A stretch of 63,137 bases of DNA, filler included, from Collodictyon triciliatum (Eukaryota), in NCBI GenBank assembly GCA_043381765.1. It is 14 parts of 14 records of this genome, joined end to end, with 100 filler letters (N's around TTAATTAATTAA, not from the genome) between each part and the next. Parts side by side here need not be neighbours in the genome. Positions count along the whole stretch, not along the records: positions 37,131 to 41,665 come from JBHJMP010005982.1; positions 41,766 to 46,298 come from JBHJMP010005985.1; positions 46,399 to 50,930 come from JBHJMP010005986.1; positions 51,031 to 55,561 come from JBHJMP010005987.1; 10 more parts are not named here. The stretch is one strand, 5' to 3'. A program made the position numbers and the translations under genes. The notes under the pieces are model-generated. The model saw nothing but the letters and a program-made list of their open reading frames with translations, had not been told where the DNA came from and did not search any database. Positions 38,823 through 51,080 of the stretch are shown here, in pieces. Numbering within the stretch: the first letter of the stretch is position 1; each line of letters starts with the position of its first letter.

Positions 38823-41010
38823 GTTAGGTAGAAGCGATGCTGTTTTGCGAGGCAATTTGCGGAGTAAGAACAACATCAGGCACGCCGGTACTTGTTCCAA
38901 AAGGAAGTAGAAAACTATTTGTGATATGTTGTGCGCCAATCGATCTTAGTTCGTCAATAAATTCGTGCATGATATTTTTATTTAAAAAATAAACATGCAG
39001 ATAAATGAATGTGCGCAGAGAGGTAAAAGAAGACTTTACAGACCAAAAATCACTGCCCAGTTGCTTGTTAAAGGGTCTATGAGAGCTGACCAGATAATAA
39101 TCAGCGCACGGACAGAGAAGCATGTTGTGCAAATAATGGTGACCCAAAGAACCTTATTTTAACTAAGTTAATGGTTCAGCCTCGGCTTCTGAAAAGTTTC
39201 AATAGTTTTGTGTAGCACAAGATGTTAAAAAATAAATATGGCATATTTTTGTTTGTTTGGTTGTTTTAGAAAAAAATTAAGAAATTAAAAAAATTCAATA
39301 GATTTTGCAAGTATGTCAATATATCCACTTTTTTTAATTGATATTTTTTTTATTCCTTTCGTAATTATAAAAAGCTGAACCCCGCTTTATTTACCAAGTT
39401 TATACCTTGTGCAGCTGGGTGGATCGAAATCCAGATTTTACTGGGAGCTGTCCCAACATCTCATATTGGCGGTGGCCATAAACAAGAAATCCGACTGCGG
39501 TGAGCAGACATACGGATGCAGAGAAGGTGAGAACGATATCCCAGAGAACGTCCTGAAATTTATAATGTGCTTAGAGACCATAAAATCCACATCAATTATA
39601 AAAATTGGGCGATTAAATCATTTTAATGCTAAGGATATCACTAACCCTTGATTCAGGGGAGGCTGCGAAAATAATGAAGATGAGAAAAAATGGGAAATAG
39701 ACGATGGCGTTCACTGCAAAAAGTTAAAAAAATTAGCCGTATAATTTCACTGAAAGCAGACAGCTAAATTGTGGTACATATAATAGTGAAAAGGCTCATT
39801 CAACACTATTAGCAAATAACACATTCGAATTTCAGTAAGCATATATTGTTACCTCTGATAAATATCTCTGTGCTTTTAAATCGACCCTCTCCGATGCTGG
39901 CGAAGCCAAAGCAGGAGGAGGACTTTGAGTTTATCGATAATCTAGATGTATCATATTCTGAGGAGTATGATTGGACAGTGTTGTAATATATCTCCGCCCT
40001 ATATGAGAGTTTGAAATTTCAATTAATATTATCCGTATTATGTGCTAGAAAGTGAAGGGAAAATATGTGAAGGTAAATATTGCTTGAATCTTTACCAATA
40101 AAGAATCAGTATGGTGTACGCTGAGTAGTATAAGAAAGCTGGGAGCATATTTAAGAAAAATAGTGCTACTTCAGGAACTTCAATGTCCCCTTCTTCATCT
40201 GATGGGACAATTGCAAAGAATGCAGCGCGAACTAAGGAATATGTTTTCGAGTTAAAATGATTATTTCCTTCTTTATCCTTGTTGTTTGATACTCTGACTT
40301 CAACCATTTGTTTGCATAGTTTATGTTTTGTTGTCGTCATTTTTTCCTTTGTTCGATTAAAAGTGCTTTGTTGTCTTGGTGTATTTTTATTTGATATATC
40401 AAGTACTTTCGAATGAACGATGACTAAATTGAAAGCTACATACTCAAAAAGCATAAAAGGAGCAGTCCATGAAAGACTTTCTGGGACGCAGCATCCTGTG
40501 AAAATAGCGAGCCAACATTTGACCTATAAGAGATGAGATACAATGATAGTTTTTTTTTTGTTTGGATACATGGAAATATGTGAGTTCGAATCAATCCTCA
40601 CAAAGAAACCAAACAATATTTTGAGATGAAAAAGTAAATAGGTCGGTCGTGATTTAAAATAATATACTATGTAAATTTTTGAAATCAGTAAAGGACGAAT
40701 TTTAGCATCATAAACAAGAACAAGTAAACTTCAATTATCAGACATTGACTTCTTTTTGTAAGTGCATATATTTTTTTCTTCCATTCGTTTCGGATAACAG
40801 ATTTTGTCTAGTGGTTGATTGGCAAAGAGATGAGAGTAAAACAATAAAATCGAATTAAAAGACATACGTGATTCGGTACAGTTGGAAGGCTGCGATATTA
40901 AACAGGCACATAAATAAAACAGCATGAAGCCAATGAACTATTCTGTACTCGACGTCAGTTTCATCAGAATCCTCAACTTCTTCGATCTCCACGAAGATTT
41001 TGTCATGGAA
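38823..41010 (-). CDS. Tobamovirus multiplication TOM1/THH1/TOM3-family (DUF1084, GPR137-related) multipass membrane protein; terminal exons uncertain
   Basis: AAFQLYRI; QKVFHGLL; LPAFLYYSAYTILILYW|AEIY; AVGFLVYGHRQYEMLGQLPVKSGFRSTQLHK|VLWVTIICTTCFSVRA; FYFLLEQVPACLMLFLLRKLP. These follow the plant TOM1 motifs QKVFH, YTLLVLFWAEIY, GFLLYGGRL and LRKLPP. Confidence 0.88.
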
Positions 41011-43075
41011 AGAAAAAAAAGGCGTCCAAGTTAGATTTTTCACGTTTTAAAAAAATAGGCAGGAATGAAGGATAATGAGTGACAGGAAATATTGTTCATG
41101 TATAATTTTAATAAGGATGCTTGTGAATTATAAGATTGGGATAATAGGATAACTATTGGTCGAATTAGTATGAGCGCATACCCGAGCGAAAGGAAGGGAA
41201 ATGAGCGAATCGTTGAAGCTTCTCATCGAGCCTGATACCTTTCGAAACAACCACAAAATGACATGTTTAAGGAAACTAATCGGCAGCAATGGTATTTATC
41301 AACTTGGTGGGATGGTCAATTCATGTTCTTGAAAGCTTTGAAAGATTTTATCTTTTCTATATTTTTTTATAACTGAATTATGAGGAACAAATTAATGTTC
41401 ATACAGTCCTTTATTAGCTTTGTTTTAATAGTAGACTATGCTGCGGCATTTAGAGGCTGTGTCAGAAAGATGCAGGCATAATTTAAGCCTCATAACAGAC
41501 TTGAATGCACAGCAACACAAGGGGCTGAATCCCTCCCAGAGTAGGCAGTATATTCGCTTCTTTTTCTCTCTTTTTCTCTCTTTTTCTCTCTTTTTCTCTC
41601 TTTTTCTCTCTTTTTCTCTCTTTTTCTCTCTTTTTCTCTCTTTTTCTCTCTTTTTCTCTCTTTTTNNNNNNNNNNNNNNNNNNNNNNNNNNNNNNNNNNN
41701 NNNNNNNNNTTAATTAATTAANNNNNNNNNNNNNNNNNNNNNNNNNNNNNNNNNNNNNNNNNNNNAGCTTTGCTCGCACAGTGTTGTTTTCATTGTTGTT
41801 TTGCCGGCTCGGTCATTGATTCGTTGGTATGTCTCGGTTTATTGTGTCGGGCGTTACTGTTCATTCTGTCGCGGTGCAGGTGTGTAGAGTCGGTGTCGTT
41901 GAAGACAGTTCGGCTCTGGACAGAAAGCGCTGTGCCTGGGGTAATATAGCGTATAAGTTGTCTGCTGAGGTGGAAGGGGAGAGTGGGAAGAGTGATTTGG
42001 TGTGGGGAGATCTTGCACGCTCTTAGATCGCTACGGAATTGGTTTTTCCAATACGAGTGGATGGCGTGCTTGTGCATGTCGGAAGGGTCACACTTCCCAG
42101 GTATTTGTGGGTGGGCAGAAGTTTTTTCCATACCGTGGCCTTTGTTCGGGGGCAGTCGATGTGGTGGCTGAGCAGCTCTGTGTGGTTCCTCTCCTCTGTG
42201 CTGTGCTGTGCTGTGTCTGTGCGGCCTTCCCCATTTGATCTATCAATTAATTTTAAAATTATGCTAGAGGTACCAAGTGGGAAATATATACATACGATGA
42301 TGCAGACCACATGAAGAAATTCATAGAATGTTAAGATAGACCACATTATCTGTACTATTTATTTATTATGCGATTTAGTTTAATTTTTTGAATATAAATG
42401 GCTGGCGAATGTACAAAATAGTTATTATAAATGATATATAATATATTCCAGAATTGTTAGAGATTAAGGGTGTTTGACGTCCGCCAGATTTATGATAATT
42501 TTCGGTCGTGTTGTGGTATTATCACCTATATATTATAGAGATAATAATACCACACGTGTTGCTGCATTTTTTTTTACTTCAAACGGACTCAGCGTGTCTG
42601 ACATCCTGTTTGGCTCACAATACCAAATGACCTACGACTCTAGAATCACTCTGAAATAGAGGCCCTCACAAAATTTGAAGGCAACTTCGAAGGAGGGATA
42701 CTAACTATTGAAATCGTTTGGCCTGCTCAGATGGGCTATGTTTTGTTGTTTGCTTCAAACAGCAAATTCGAAATAACTCGACAAAGGGTTTAGGCTCATG
42801 TTATCATCCACACTCTCCACAGAGGTCAGCGCATCATTCTGCATCTCGCACTTATTCGTAAATTTGCGGGTCAAGAAATTGTTTATATTTCGAGCTCAAC
42901 ATGATATTGTATAATTTTTTGATTTACGATTTTTTGATATGAACGCCGTGAAAGATTGAAAAAAAGGTGAAGTGTATGAACTTTTTTTTGTGTGTGCATT
43001 GTGTGCGTAGGAGAAATGAAAAGAAGGAAGGGTGGTATGGGTTGTGGCCACCGTTTTAAATGACCAAGTATCATC

Positions 43076-45057
43076 TCATAGCGAAAGACTGACGATTTTG
43101 TCAAAGAATACATATTTGATGGCCTCGGCAAGGTCTTGTGGGGGGCACGATTGGGTCAGGAATGGATGCTGGATTGATTCAAAAAAAATAGTGTTACATC
43201 GCTATATTCAAGAGTCTATGCACAAGAATACAATTGATTCAAAAAAACAGAAGAAAAGAATATATGTATATATAAGTAATAAATACTTCAAGGAGCTGAG
43301 AGGCAGAGCTTCGCTTAGACGGGTCGGACTGCATTGACCCTTCTATAAATGAAAAGAAGTCGCGACTCCATTTGGAGGGGTCTGCAAATATGGGCGGAAA
43401 AATTGACTGATTAAACACCACCATGACCAAGGATTCATGAATCTGATACACACAATTTGAAAATCAGCTAACCCTTGAACTTTGGAGCCCCAACAGTAGC
43501 AACTTTGAACATAGCCTGGTGAATAATTGCAGTAATTAGATGGGCCTCAGGACAGATTGTTGTCAGGTAAAATAGTCGCAGTCAGAAACGAACGAGGGAT
43601 GGATTAGAAAATTGACTATAGTGACCAACCAACAACAACAACAAAAAAAACCTTGAGAGATTTGTAGTTGCTGTAAGGCGGCTTTCCTTCGGCCATTTCT
43701 ATTGCCACAGAGCCTAGGCTCCAAATATCAGCCTTCATGTCGTACGGCCGGTTCTGTATCATTTCAGGGGCCATCCAGTAAGGTGACCCTGCCATGGAAG
43801 TTTTTGAAGACCCAGAGCCTGATTCATCCAGCTGTGCGCACAAACCCAAATCGGCTGTATAAATGTATCATGCGAGGAAATACAGCAGTATGTATGAGAA
43901 TTTTATGAATGAAAATCTGCTCTGTTGTGAGAGGATATCTGATATTTTTTATGTATAGAAAATAGTTTGCCGCTTGACAATTAATTAAAAATGGATAAGT
44001 GATAAGTATATTGGTAGGATTACACAAAGTTAATACATATTCAAGAAATGCTACTCACCAACTTTGACCTCTCCGTTGGAGCCAAGAAGGATATTGTCAC
44101 TCTTTATATCACGATGGATTCGATGCTGGGAATGCAAGTAATGAAGGCCCTTTAAAACCTGTGACAAAGCTGTTATTATTTTCAAAGGAGACAGAAAAAA
44201 GTGCGTATTCTTTATAAGCATGTCGCTACGGTGCATCATAATTAATTATGCTGAAGATGCATCACACATCGTAAGAAAACTGATTTGACCTGTTTGCAGA
44301 CAGCGGCAATGTGAGTCTCGCCAAGTTGGAAATGAGTCAATAGCTCAGTCAGCGCTCCGCCATCTAGATACTCCATTGCGACCTTGCAGGGTATAATTTC
44401 ATCAAGATTTGTCAATACTTGAAATTGTAATCGACATGCATAAATATGGCACTACCAACTAGTGAACACGTGATTGGCCATTATATGATGGGGCAATATT
44501 TACCATTATAGCGGTATTGATAGAAGAGGCGGTGCTAATATATCATATTACACAAAATATGGCGATTCTTTTGAGTGAAAATTTACCCAGACTTGTTCTT
44601 TGTACATGAAACTCCTTAGATAGTTCACAATATTTTCGTGGCGGCAAGTTTGAAGCATTAAAATTTCGTTCGTGAGTGACCGCAAATCGAGTGACTCGTC
44701 CTTTTTCTTGTGAGAAACTTTGATAGCAACCTGTCAGGCAGAAAAAAAAATCAACAAAGTTATGACCGAATTTTCTTGGAAATAATACGAAGAGAAATGA
44801 TTCAATCCATGATGTGTCTCAACGTAATTATTCACTATATATACCGATAAATTGACATAGAAAAGCGATAGCAAATTTCATTTCGGTTTCTTTTTTGACT
44901 AAATTAAAAGAAAACCCTGTTCTTGGTTTTTGTTTCCTCAGCAATATAGACATCCCCAAATCCGCTGGAATAGATACATAATGGAAATTGAGGTATTAAA
45001 ATGAACATCTCACTTCCCAAGCTCTTCAGTAAGAAAAATGAAATGTGCTTCAAATTA

Positions 45058-45123
<66 letters not shown>

Positions 45124-46073
45124 GATTATGAATTACCCTTCTCCGATTTTCTTCCACCCGGAATAAAACTTTTTGGGGCTTTCAAATATGAAGACGTCCT
45201 CTGGAATAATAAAAGAACATTAATCAATCCTAGCCATAAATATAATGATATTTTTCCTTTATTCGATTCAAAGATGAATAAAACAATATTGAAAAGGTTT
45301 GCAAATATAATAAATTGGAAAGAAAGAAAAAAATCCGCACGAAACAGATACATGACTACCGAAAATCTTCAAATTCAACACAAATGTGCAATTTCAAATA
45401 ATAAAGAAAAGAATTCATGCATCCAAAATGATAAAAATGAGGAAATCAGGAAAGGAAATGAAGAGATATATGAATATGGTACACACGATTTCTGAAAAAA
45501 ACTCTCACTTGGATCAGCATATAACTTCCCACTCTTTTTCACTGGACCGCTCTCCACTTTTTTTTGTGTGGCGCTCTGAGTTCCCGAATGCGATGCAATT
45601 TCCTCTTCCTTTCCTGAAAGAACAGAGACCTTTGAGCTCGCTGGCTTTTCTGCTTCCACTTGCTCGACACTCTTTGGATTTACGTCTCCCTGATTTGCCG
45701 CATCAGCGTGTTGATTATCACTTATGCTCACATTCAAGGATATGGCTGCATCAAATGCCTTTCCATCAGCGATCAAAACATCAGGAGCTACCACATCTGA
45801 TTTGTTTGCGACAGTTTCTGGCGAATGCAAAATTGGCTCTTCCGTGTTGAGCGATACGATGCTTGTGTCAAGGTTGACTGCCTGCTCTTTTCCTTCTGGA
45901 ATCGGCTCTATCTTTTGCGGTGGGTCTGCTGATTCGGTAATAGAATCTAGGATAGGATGTAACCTGGCAGTATTGATCACTTCTGAGAGTGGGCGGTCCG
46001 AACGTGGGGCAGAATGATTGGCGCTAGAGACTCCGGATAAATCTGAGCTTGAGCGCGTTTTGCGGGAACCAAT
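43076..46073 (-). CDS. PAK/STE20-family Ser/Thr kinase, 5' partial
   Basis: [105 protein letters not shown] at 43078-43076. A low-complexity linker exon lies upstream. Confidence 0.92.
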
Positions 46074-46202
46074 CTAATATATAGATGTTGATTATTTCAT
46101 ATAAGGTAAAATGAAATAAAAAGATTCACCGTAAAGATGTTCATATAGGTCAATAATTAAATTGTCATTTTTAAAAGATATGATGGCATCATTAGGTTAT
46201 TC

Positions 46203-46298
<96 letters not shown>

Positions 46299-46398
46299 NN
46301 NNNNNNNNNNNNNNNNNNNNNNNNNNNNNNNNNNNNNNNNNNTTAATTAATTAANNNNNNNNNNNNNNNNNNNNNNNNNNNNNNNNNNNNNNNNNNNN

Positions 46399-47446
46399 CG
46401 CAACAAGCTTCACGGCGAAGAGGCCTGCCTTCAGCTGCACCTTGAAGACCAGCCCGAAGCCGCCCTTGCCCAGGAAGTTCTCCCGTTTCTCAAAGTCCAT
46501 CGTCAGGAGATCTGCGTAGTTGCCGCGGGCTAGGCGGCCGGTTGGGGCTGCGTAGATGCCCGACTGGATGTTGGGACTGGCTGCAACCTGTGAAAGTGGA
46601 AGGTTTGTGTCAGGTAAGTCTGTTAGCTTTTCTAGCTTCTGCGGTGGTGTCGACCTAGGGTTATGTTAGTTGTGTCCTGTGTTGTGTATGTGGGGGTTGG
46701 AGGTGGATGTGTGCTTACGGGGTCGTAGAGCTGCAGAGCGCGGATGTGTTGGTAGTCTCTGTGTCCTGTGTTATTCCAGCAGGGGAGATTTGAGATGCCA
46801 CGCGGGGCTCTCTTTATGGTTTGTGTGCATCCGTTGTTTATATACAGACTTTTCAGATTTGTGAGTGCTGTGATCTGTGCTGGAAGCTCCTCCATCTGCG
46901 TGTGTCGTTGTCAGTCATTTTCTTTTAAACATAAATAGTAATATAATATGAATAAAAACATACCGGATTTGCATGAACAGAAAGTTCTATGAGACCAGTC
47001 AGACACGATATTTGTGCAGGTAGTGATGACAACATATTGCCACGAACATAAAGATATATGAGACCAGTCAAACACGATATTTGTGCAGGTAGTGACGACA
47101 GGTTATTATCACCAACATCAAGTTTTATGAGACCAGTCAAACACGATATTTGTGCAGGTAGTGATGACAGCTTATTGTCATAAACATGAAGTACACTGAG
47201 ACCAGTCAAACACGATATTTGCGCAGGTAGTGATGGCAGCTGATTGCGATAAAGATACAATCCTTTCAGACCAGTCAACAGAAAAACACCAGGCGGCACA
47301 GATGACAGATTCTTGTAACGGAAATTCAGGAATGTGGAGCTTTTCAGAGTGGCAATATCAGCAAATGATCTCCCATAGTCATCTGCAGAGAGTTTCCGGA
47401 CTTCTTCCATCAGTGCAGCATCTTCAGCAGACAAAGTGTTTCCCAT
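46399..47446 (-). CDS. LRR + protein kinase (RLK/Pelle/IRAK-like or other TKL N-lobe) with N-myristoylation motif, 3' partial
   Basis: Exon 1 47446-46964 MGNTLS... with 23-aa LRRs (LSSLPAQISCLTGLxxLxVxxN; 69-bp period at 46991/47060/47129/47198); exon 2 46895-46719; exon 3 46587 to gap, ending FEKRENFLGKGGFGLVFKVQLKAGLFAVKLV. Both introns are phase-0 GT-AG. Confidence 0.85.
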
Positions 47447-47739
47447 GATCTGGACAGATTCCGGCTGTATATATGGGTAGACTGGCTGGGTGTCAATACA
47501 ATACACATCATTTATTTGTTTTATGAGTGGACTTGACAATCACACAGTACAATATTACTCGAGTCAGGACGGTGGGGTTGTGCACACAGAGATCAGAAAG
47601 TACTTTGTGAAAAAAAAAAAGAGGAAGGATTTCGACAAGACGAGTTTAAATATCCCGCAAAGGCCGGCGGATTTTTCCGAGAAGATGACTTGTGCAGAAC
47701 TTGTGTGCTTGTGCTTCCTTGTAAATTCACCGGTTCGGG

Positions 47740-47990
47740 GTTGGCCACAGCCAAGGTTGACCTCTTGCATCGAAAGTCTTGGGAATAGCCGGGTGTTTGT
47801 CGCGTGCGTCACCGGGCGTCACCAAAGACCTGGGAATTGCCATATAGTTGGGAATACTGGGGGTGGCCACATGAGTCGCGTTGGTGCGGAGGAGTTGCTG
47901 CATGTTCGTGGGTTTCATGAATCACCTGCACGGATGCGTCTCTTTGTGCTAAGTCTGGCGTCGCTGCGGTTGGAGAGTGGCCGAAATTCT
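47740..47990 (-). pseudogene. Possible papain/cathepsin-B-like propeptide/mature-junction fragment
   Basis: AIPKTFDAR resembles the C1A mature N-terminus [LI]PxxFDAR; no catalytic region present; frames broken. Confidence 0.4.
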
Positions 47991-48213
47991 GCAATCAGAA
48001 ACTGGAGAATGCACATTGGAAAATGGATTGTCGAGACTTTATTATGGGTTCTTTGATTATCGAAAAGCTGAAAAAATGCTCAAGTGTTTTCTATTGTTGT
48101 AATTGTAAATGGAGAAAATAAGAGATTCTCTTAATGATAAAAAATGTTTGTGTTAGGATACTCACCTGAAGTCCTTCGCGTCTGCACATGGACGGGAATG
48201 TGTTGAGTCTCGT

Positions 48214-49040
48214 GTCCGCGATTCGACTTTGTTGCTCAATAATCAGGGAATTGGGCTTCGAATGTTCCCCACAACTAACACATATTGCACTATTTTGACA
48301 AGGAAAATTCAATTTTTGTGCTCTATGCATGAATAAACCTTCTATATGAATTATAATAAAGTTCATCGACTAAGTTTGTGCAAGTACAAAACAAAGTGCT
48401 CAAAATACGAAGTAAGAGCAAAATAGAATATCTGATTGCTTAAGACTTACGGTTTTCGTATTCCGGCATAGTGGAGACCCTTTGTGTATTGTCCGCGATT
48501 CGACTTTGTTGCTCAATAATCAGGGAATTGGGCTTCGAATGATCCCCACAACTAACACATAATGCTATATTATGACAAAGAAAATTCAATTTCTGTGCTC
48601 TATGCATGAATAAACCTTCTATATGAATTATAATAAAAAAAAACATCGACTAATGTATGCACTTGCTCAAAGCAAAGTGGTCGAACTGAAGATAAAAAAA
48701 CATCTGATTGCTTAAGACTTACAGTTTTCCTATCCGACATAGTGGAGAGCCTTGCTGACTTTGCGTGTGTGAAGCATACTCCATTGCTCAATAATCAGCT
48801 AATTGGGCTTCGAATATTCCACATATCTGACACATATAGCATTATTTACACAAGAAAAATTCGATTTTTGTGCTCTATGCGTGAATAAACTTCTATATGA
48901 ATTATAAAAAAAACATCGACTAGGTTTATGCAAGTACAAAACAAAGTGCTCGAATTGAAGAGCAAAATAAAATAAAGTATCTAATTGCACAAGACTTACG
49001 GTTATCGTATTCGGCATAGTGGAGAGCCTTTGCGGGTCTT
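48214..49040. repeat. Three tandem copies of a ~276-bp unit
   Basis: TTGCTCAATAATCAG...AATTGGGCTTCGAAT recurs at ~48232, 48509 and 48784; GTCCGCGATTCGAC at 48214 and 48491. Confidence 0.88.
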
Positions 49041-50930
49041 GTGTGAAGCAGACTGCGTCGTATTCCGGCATAGTGGAGAGCCTTTGAGGGTCTTGCGTGT
49101 GTGAAGCAGACTGCGTCGTATTCCGGCATAGTGGAGAGCCTTTGCGGGTCTTGTGTGAGGCAGACTTCGTCACATTCCGGCATAGTGGAGATCCTTTGTG
49201 TGTCTTGTATGAGGCAGACTTCGTCGTCTTCGGGCATAGTGGAGAGCCTTTGCGGGTCTTGTGTGAGGCAGACTTCGTCACATTCCGGCATAGTGGAGAG
49301 GCTTCGAAGTTGCGTGTGGAGCAGACATCGTCGTATTCCGGAGAATGGAGAGCCTCTGTGTGTCTTGTGAAGCAGACATCGTCGTATTCCGGCATAGTGG
49401 AGAGCCTTCGAAGTTGTGTGTGAAAAGCAGACTTCGTCGACGTTCGGCATAGTGCACAGCCTTCGAGTCTTGTGTGAGGCAGACTGCGTCGTATTCCGGC
49501 ATATTGGAGAGCCTTTGCGGGTCTTGCGTGTGAAGCAGACTTCGTCACATTCCGGCATAGTGGAGAGCCTTTGCGGGTCTTGTGTGAGGCAGACTGCGTC
49601 GTATTCCGGCATAACGCATATCCTTTGCGGGTCTTGTGTGAAGCAGACTTCGTCGACGTTCGGCATAGTGCAGAGGGTTGTGTGTGTGTGAAGCAGACTT
49701 CGTCACATCCCGGCGTAGTGGAGAGCCTTCGAGTTGCGTATGTGAAGCAGACTTCGTCGTATTCCGGCATAATGGAGAGCCTTTGCGGGTTGTGTGTCTT
49801 GTGAAGCAGACTGCGTCGTATTCCGGCATAACGCACAGCCTTTGCGGGTTGTGTGTGTGAAGCAGACTTCGACGTTCGGCATAGTGGAGAGCCTTTGCGG
49901 GTTTTGTGTGGAGCAGATTGCGTCGTATTCCGGCATAGTGGAGAGCCTCTGTGTATCTTTTGTGAAGCAGACTTCGTCGACGTTCGGCATAGTGCAGAGA
50001 TACTTTGCGGGTCTTGTGTGAAGCAGACTTCGACGTTCGGCATAGTGGAGAGCCTTCGAAGTTGCGTGTGAAGCAGACTTCGTCGACGTTCGGCATAGTG
50101 GAGAGCCTTAGCGGGTTGTGTGTGTGAAGCAGACTGCGTCGTATTCCGGCATAGTGGAGAGCCTTCGTGAGTCTTGTGTGGAGCAGACTTTGTCGTATTC
50201 GGCATAACGCACAGCCTTCGCGGGTATTGTGTGAAGCAGACTTCGTCGACGTTCGGCATAGTGCAAAGCCTTCGTGGGTCTTGTGTGGAGCAGACTTCGT
50301 CGACGTTCGGCATAGTGGAGAGCCTTTGCGGGTCTTGTGTGTGAAGCAGACTGCGTCGTATTCCGGCATAACGCACAGCCTTTGCGGGTTGTGTGTGTGA
50401 AGCAGACTTCGACGTTCGGCATAGTGGAGATCCTTTGCGGGTCTTGTGTGAAGCAGACTTCGTCGACGTTCGGCATAGTGCAGAGATCCTTTGCGGGTCT
50501 TGTGTGAAGCAGACTTCGACGTTCGGCATAGTGGAGAGCCTTTGCGGGTTTTGTGTGGAGCAGATTGCGTCGTAGTTCGGCATAGTGGAGAGCCTTTGCG
50601 GGTTTTGTGTGGAGCAGACTGCGTCGTAGTTCCGCATAGTGGAGCCTTTGCGGGTCTTGTGTGAGGCAGACTTCGACGTTCGGCATAATGGAGCCTTTGC
50701 GGGTCTTGTGTGAAGCAGACTTCGTCGACGTTCGGCATAGTGCAGAGATCCTTTGCGTGTCTTGTGAAGCAGACTGCGTCGTAATCCGGCATAACGCATA
50801 TCCTTTGCGGGTCTTGTGTGAGGCAGACTTCGTCGTATTCCGGCGTAGTGGAGCCTTTGTGTGTCTTGTGAAGCAGACTGCGTCGTATTCCGGCATAGTG
50901 GAGAGCCTCTGTGTATCTTTTGTGCGAAGC
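49005..50930. repeat. ~55-62-bp minisatellite array, about 33 variant units, truncated by gap
   Basis: Consensus TCGGCATAGTGGAGAGCCTTTGCGGGTCTTGTGTGAAGCAGACT(GCGTCGTAT/TCGTCGACG)T repeated head to tail. Confidence 0.95.
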
Positions 50931-51080
50931 NNNNNNNNNNNNNNNNNNNNNNNNNNNNNNNNNNNNNNNNNNNNTTAATTAATTAANNNNNNNNNNNNNN
51001 NNNNNNNNNNNNNNNNNNNNNNNNNNNNNNCGGGACATAGGACGTTCTACGAGTATGCAAATATATAATGATATGAAAAC

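Noticed and set aside
41790-42200. GC-richer stretch with a 113-aa minus-strand ORF, possibly another retroelement end
   Set aside because: No recognisable motif and no second copy in the window.
48799-50896. Long minus-strand ORFs (666, 415 and 262 aa) in the 60-bp array
   Set aside because: Several frames are open at once because the unit rarely contains stop triplets. Unit lengths are not multiples of 3, so the same peptides rotate among frames; this is a repeat artefact.
49005-50930. CRISPR-like appearance of regularly spaced repeats
   Set aside because: There are no unique spacers: the intervening segments are a few recurring variants. No cas genes are present and the context is eukaryotic.
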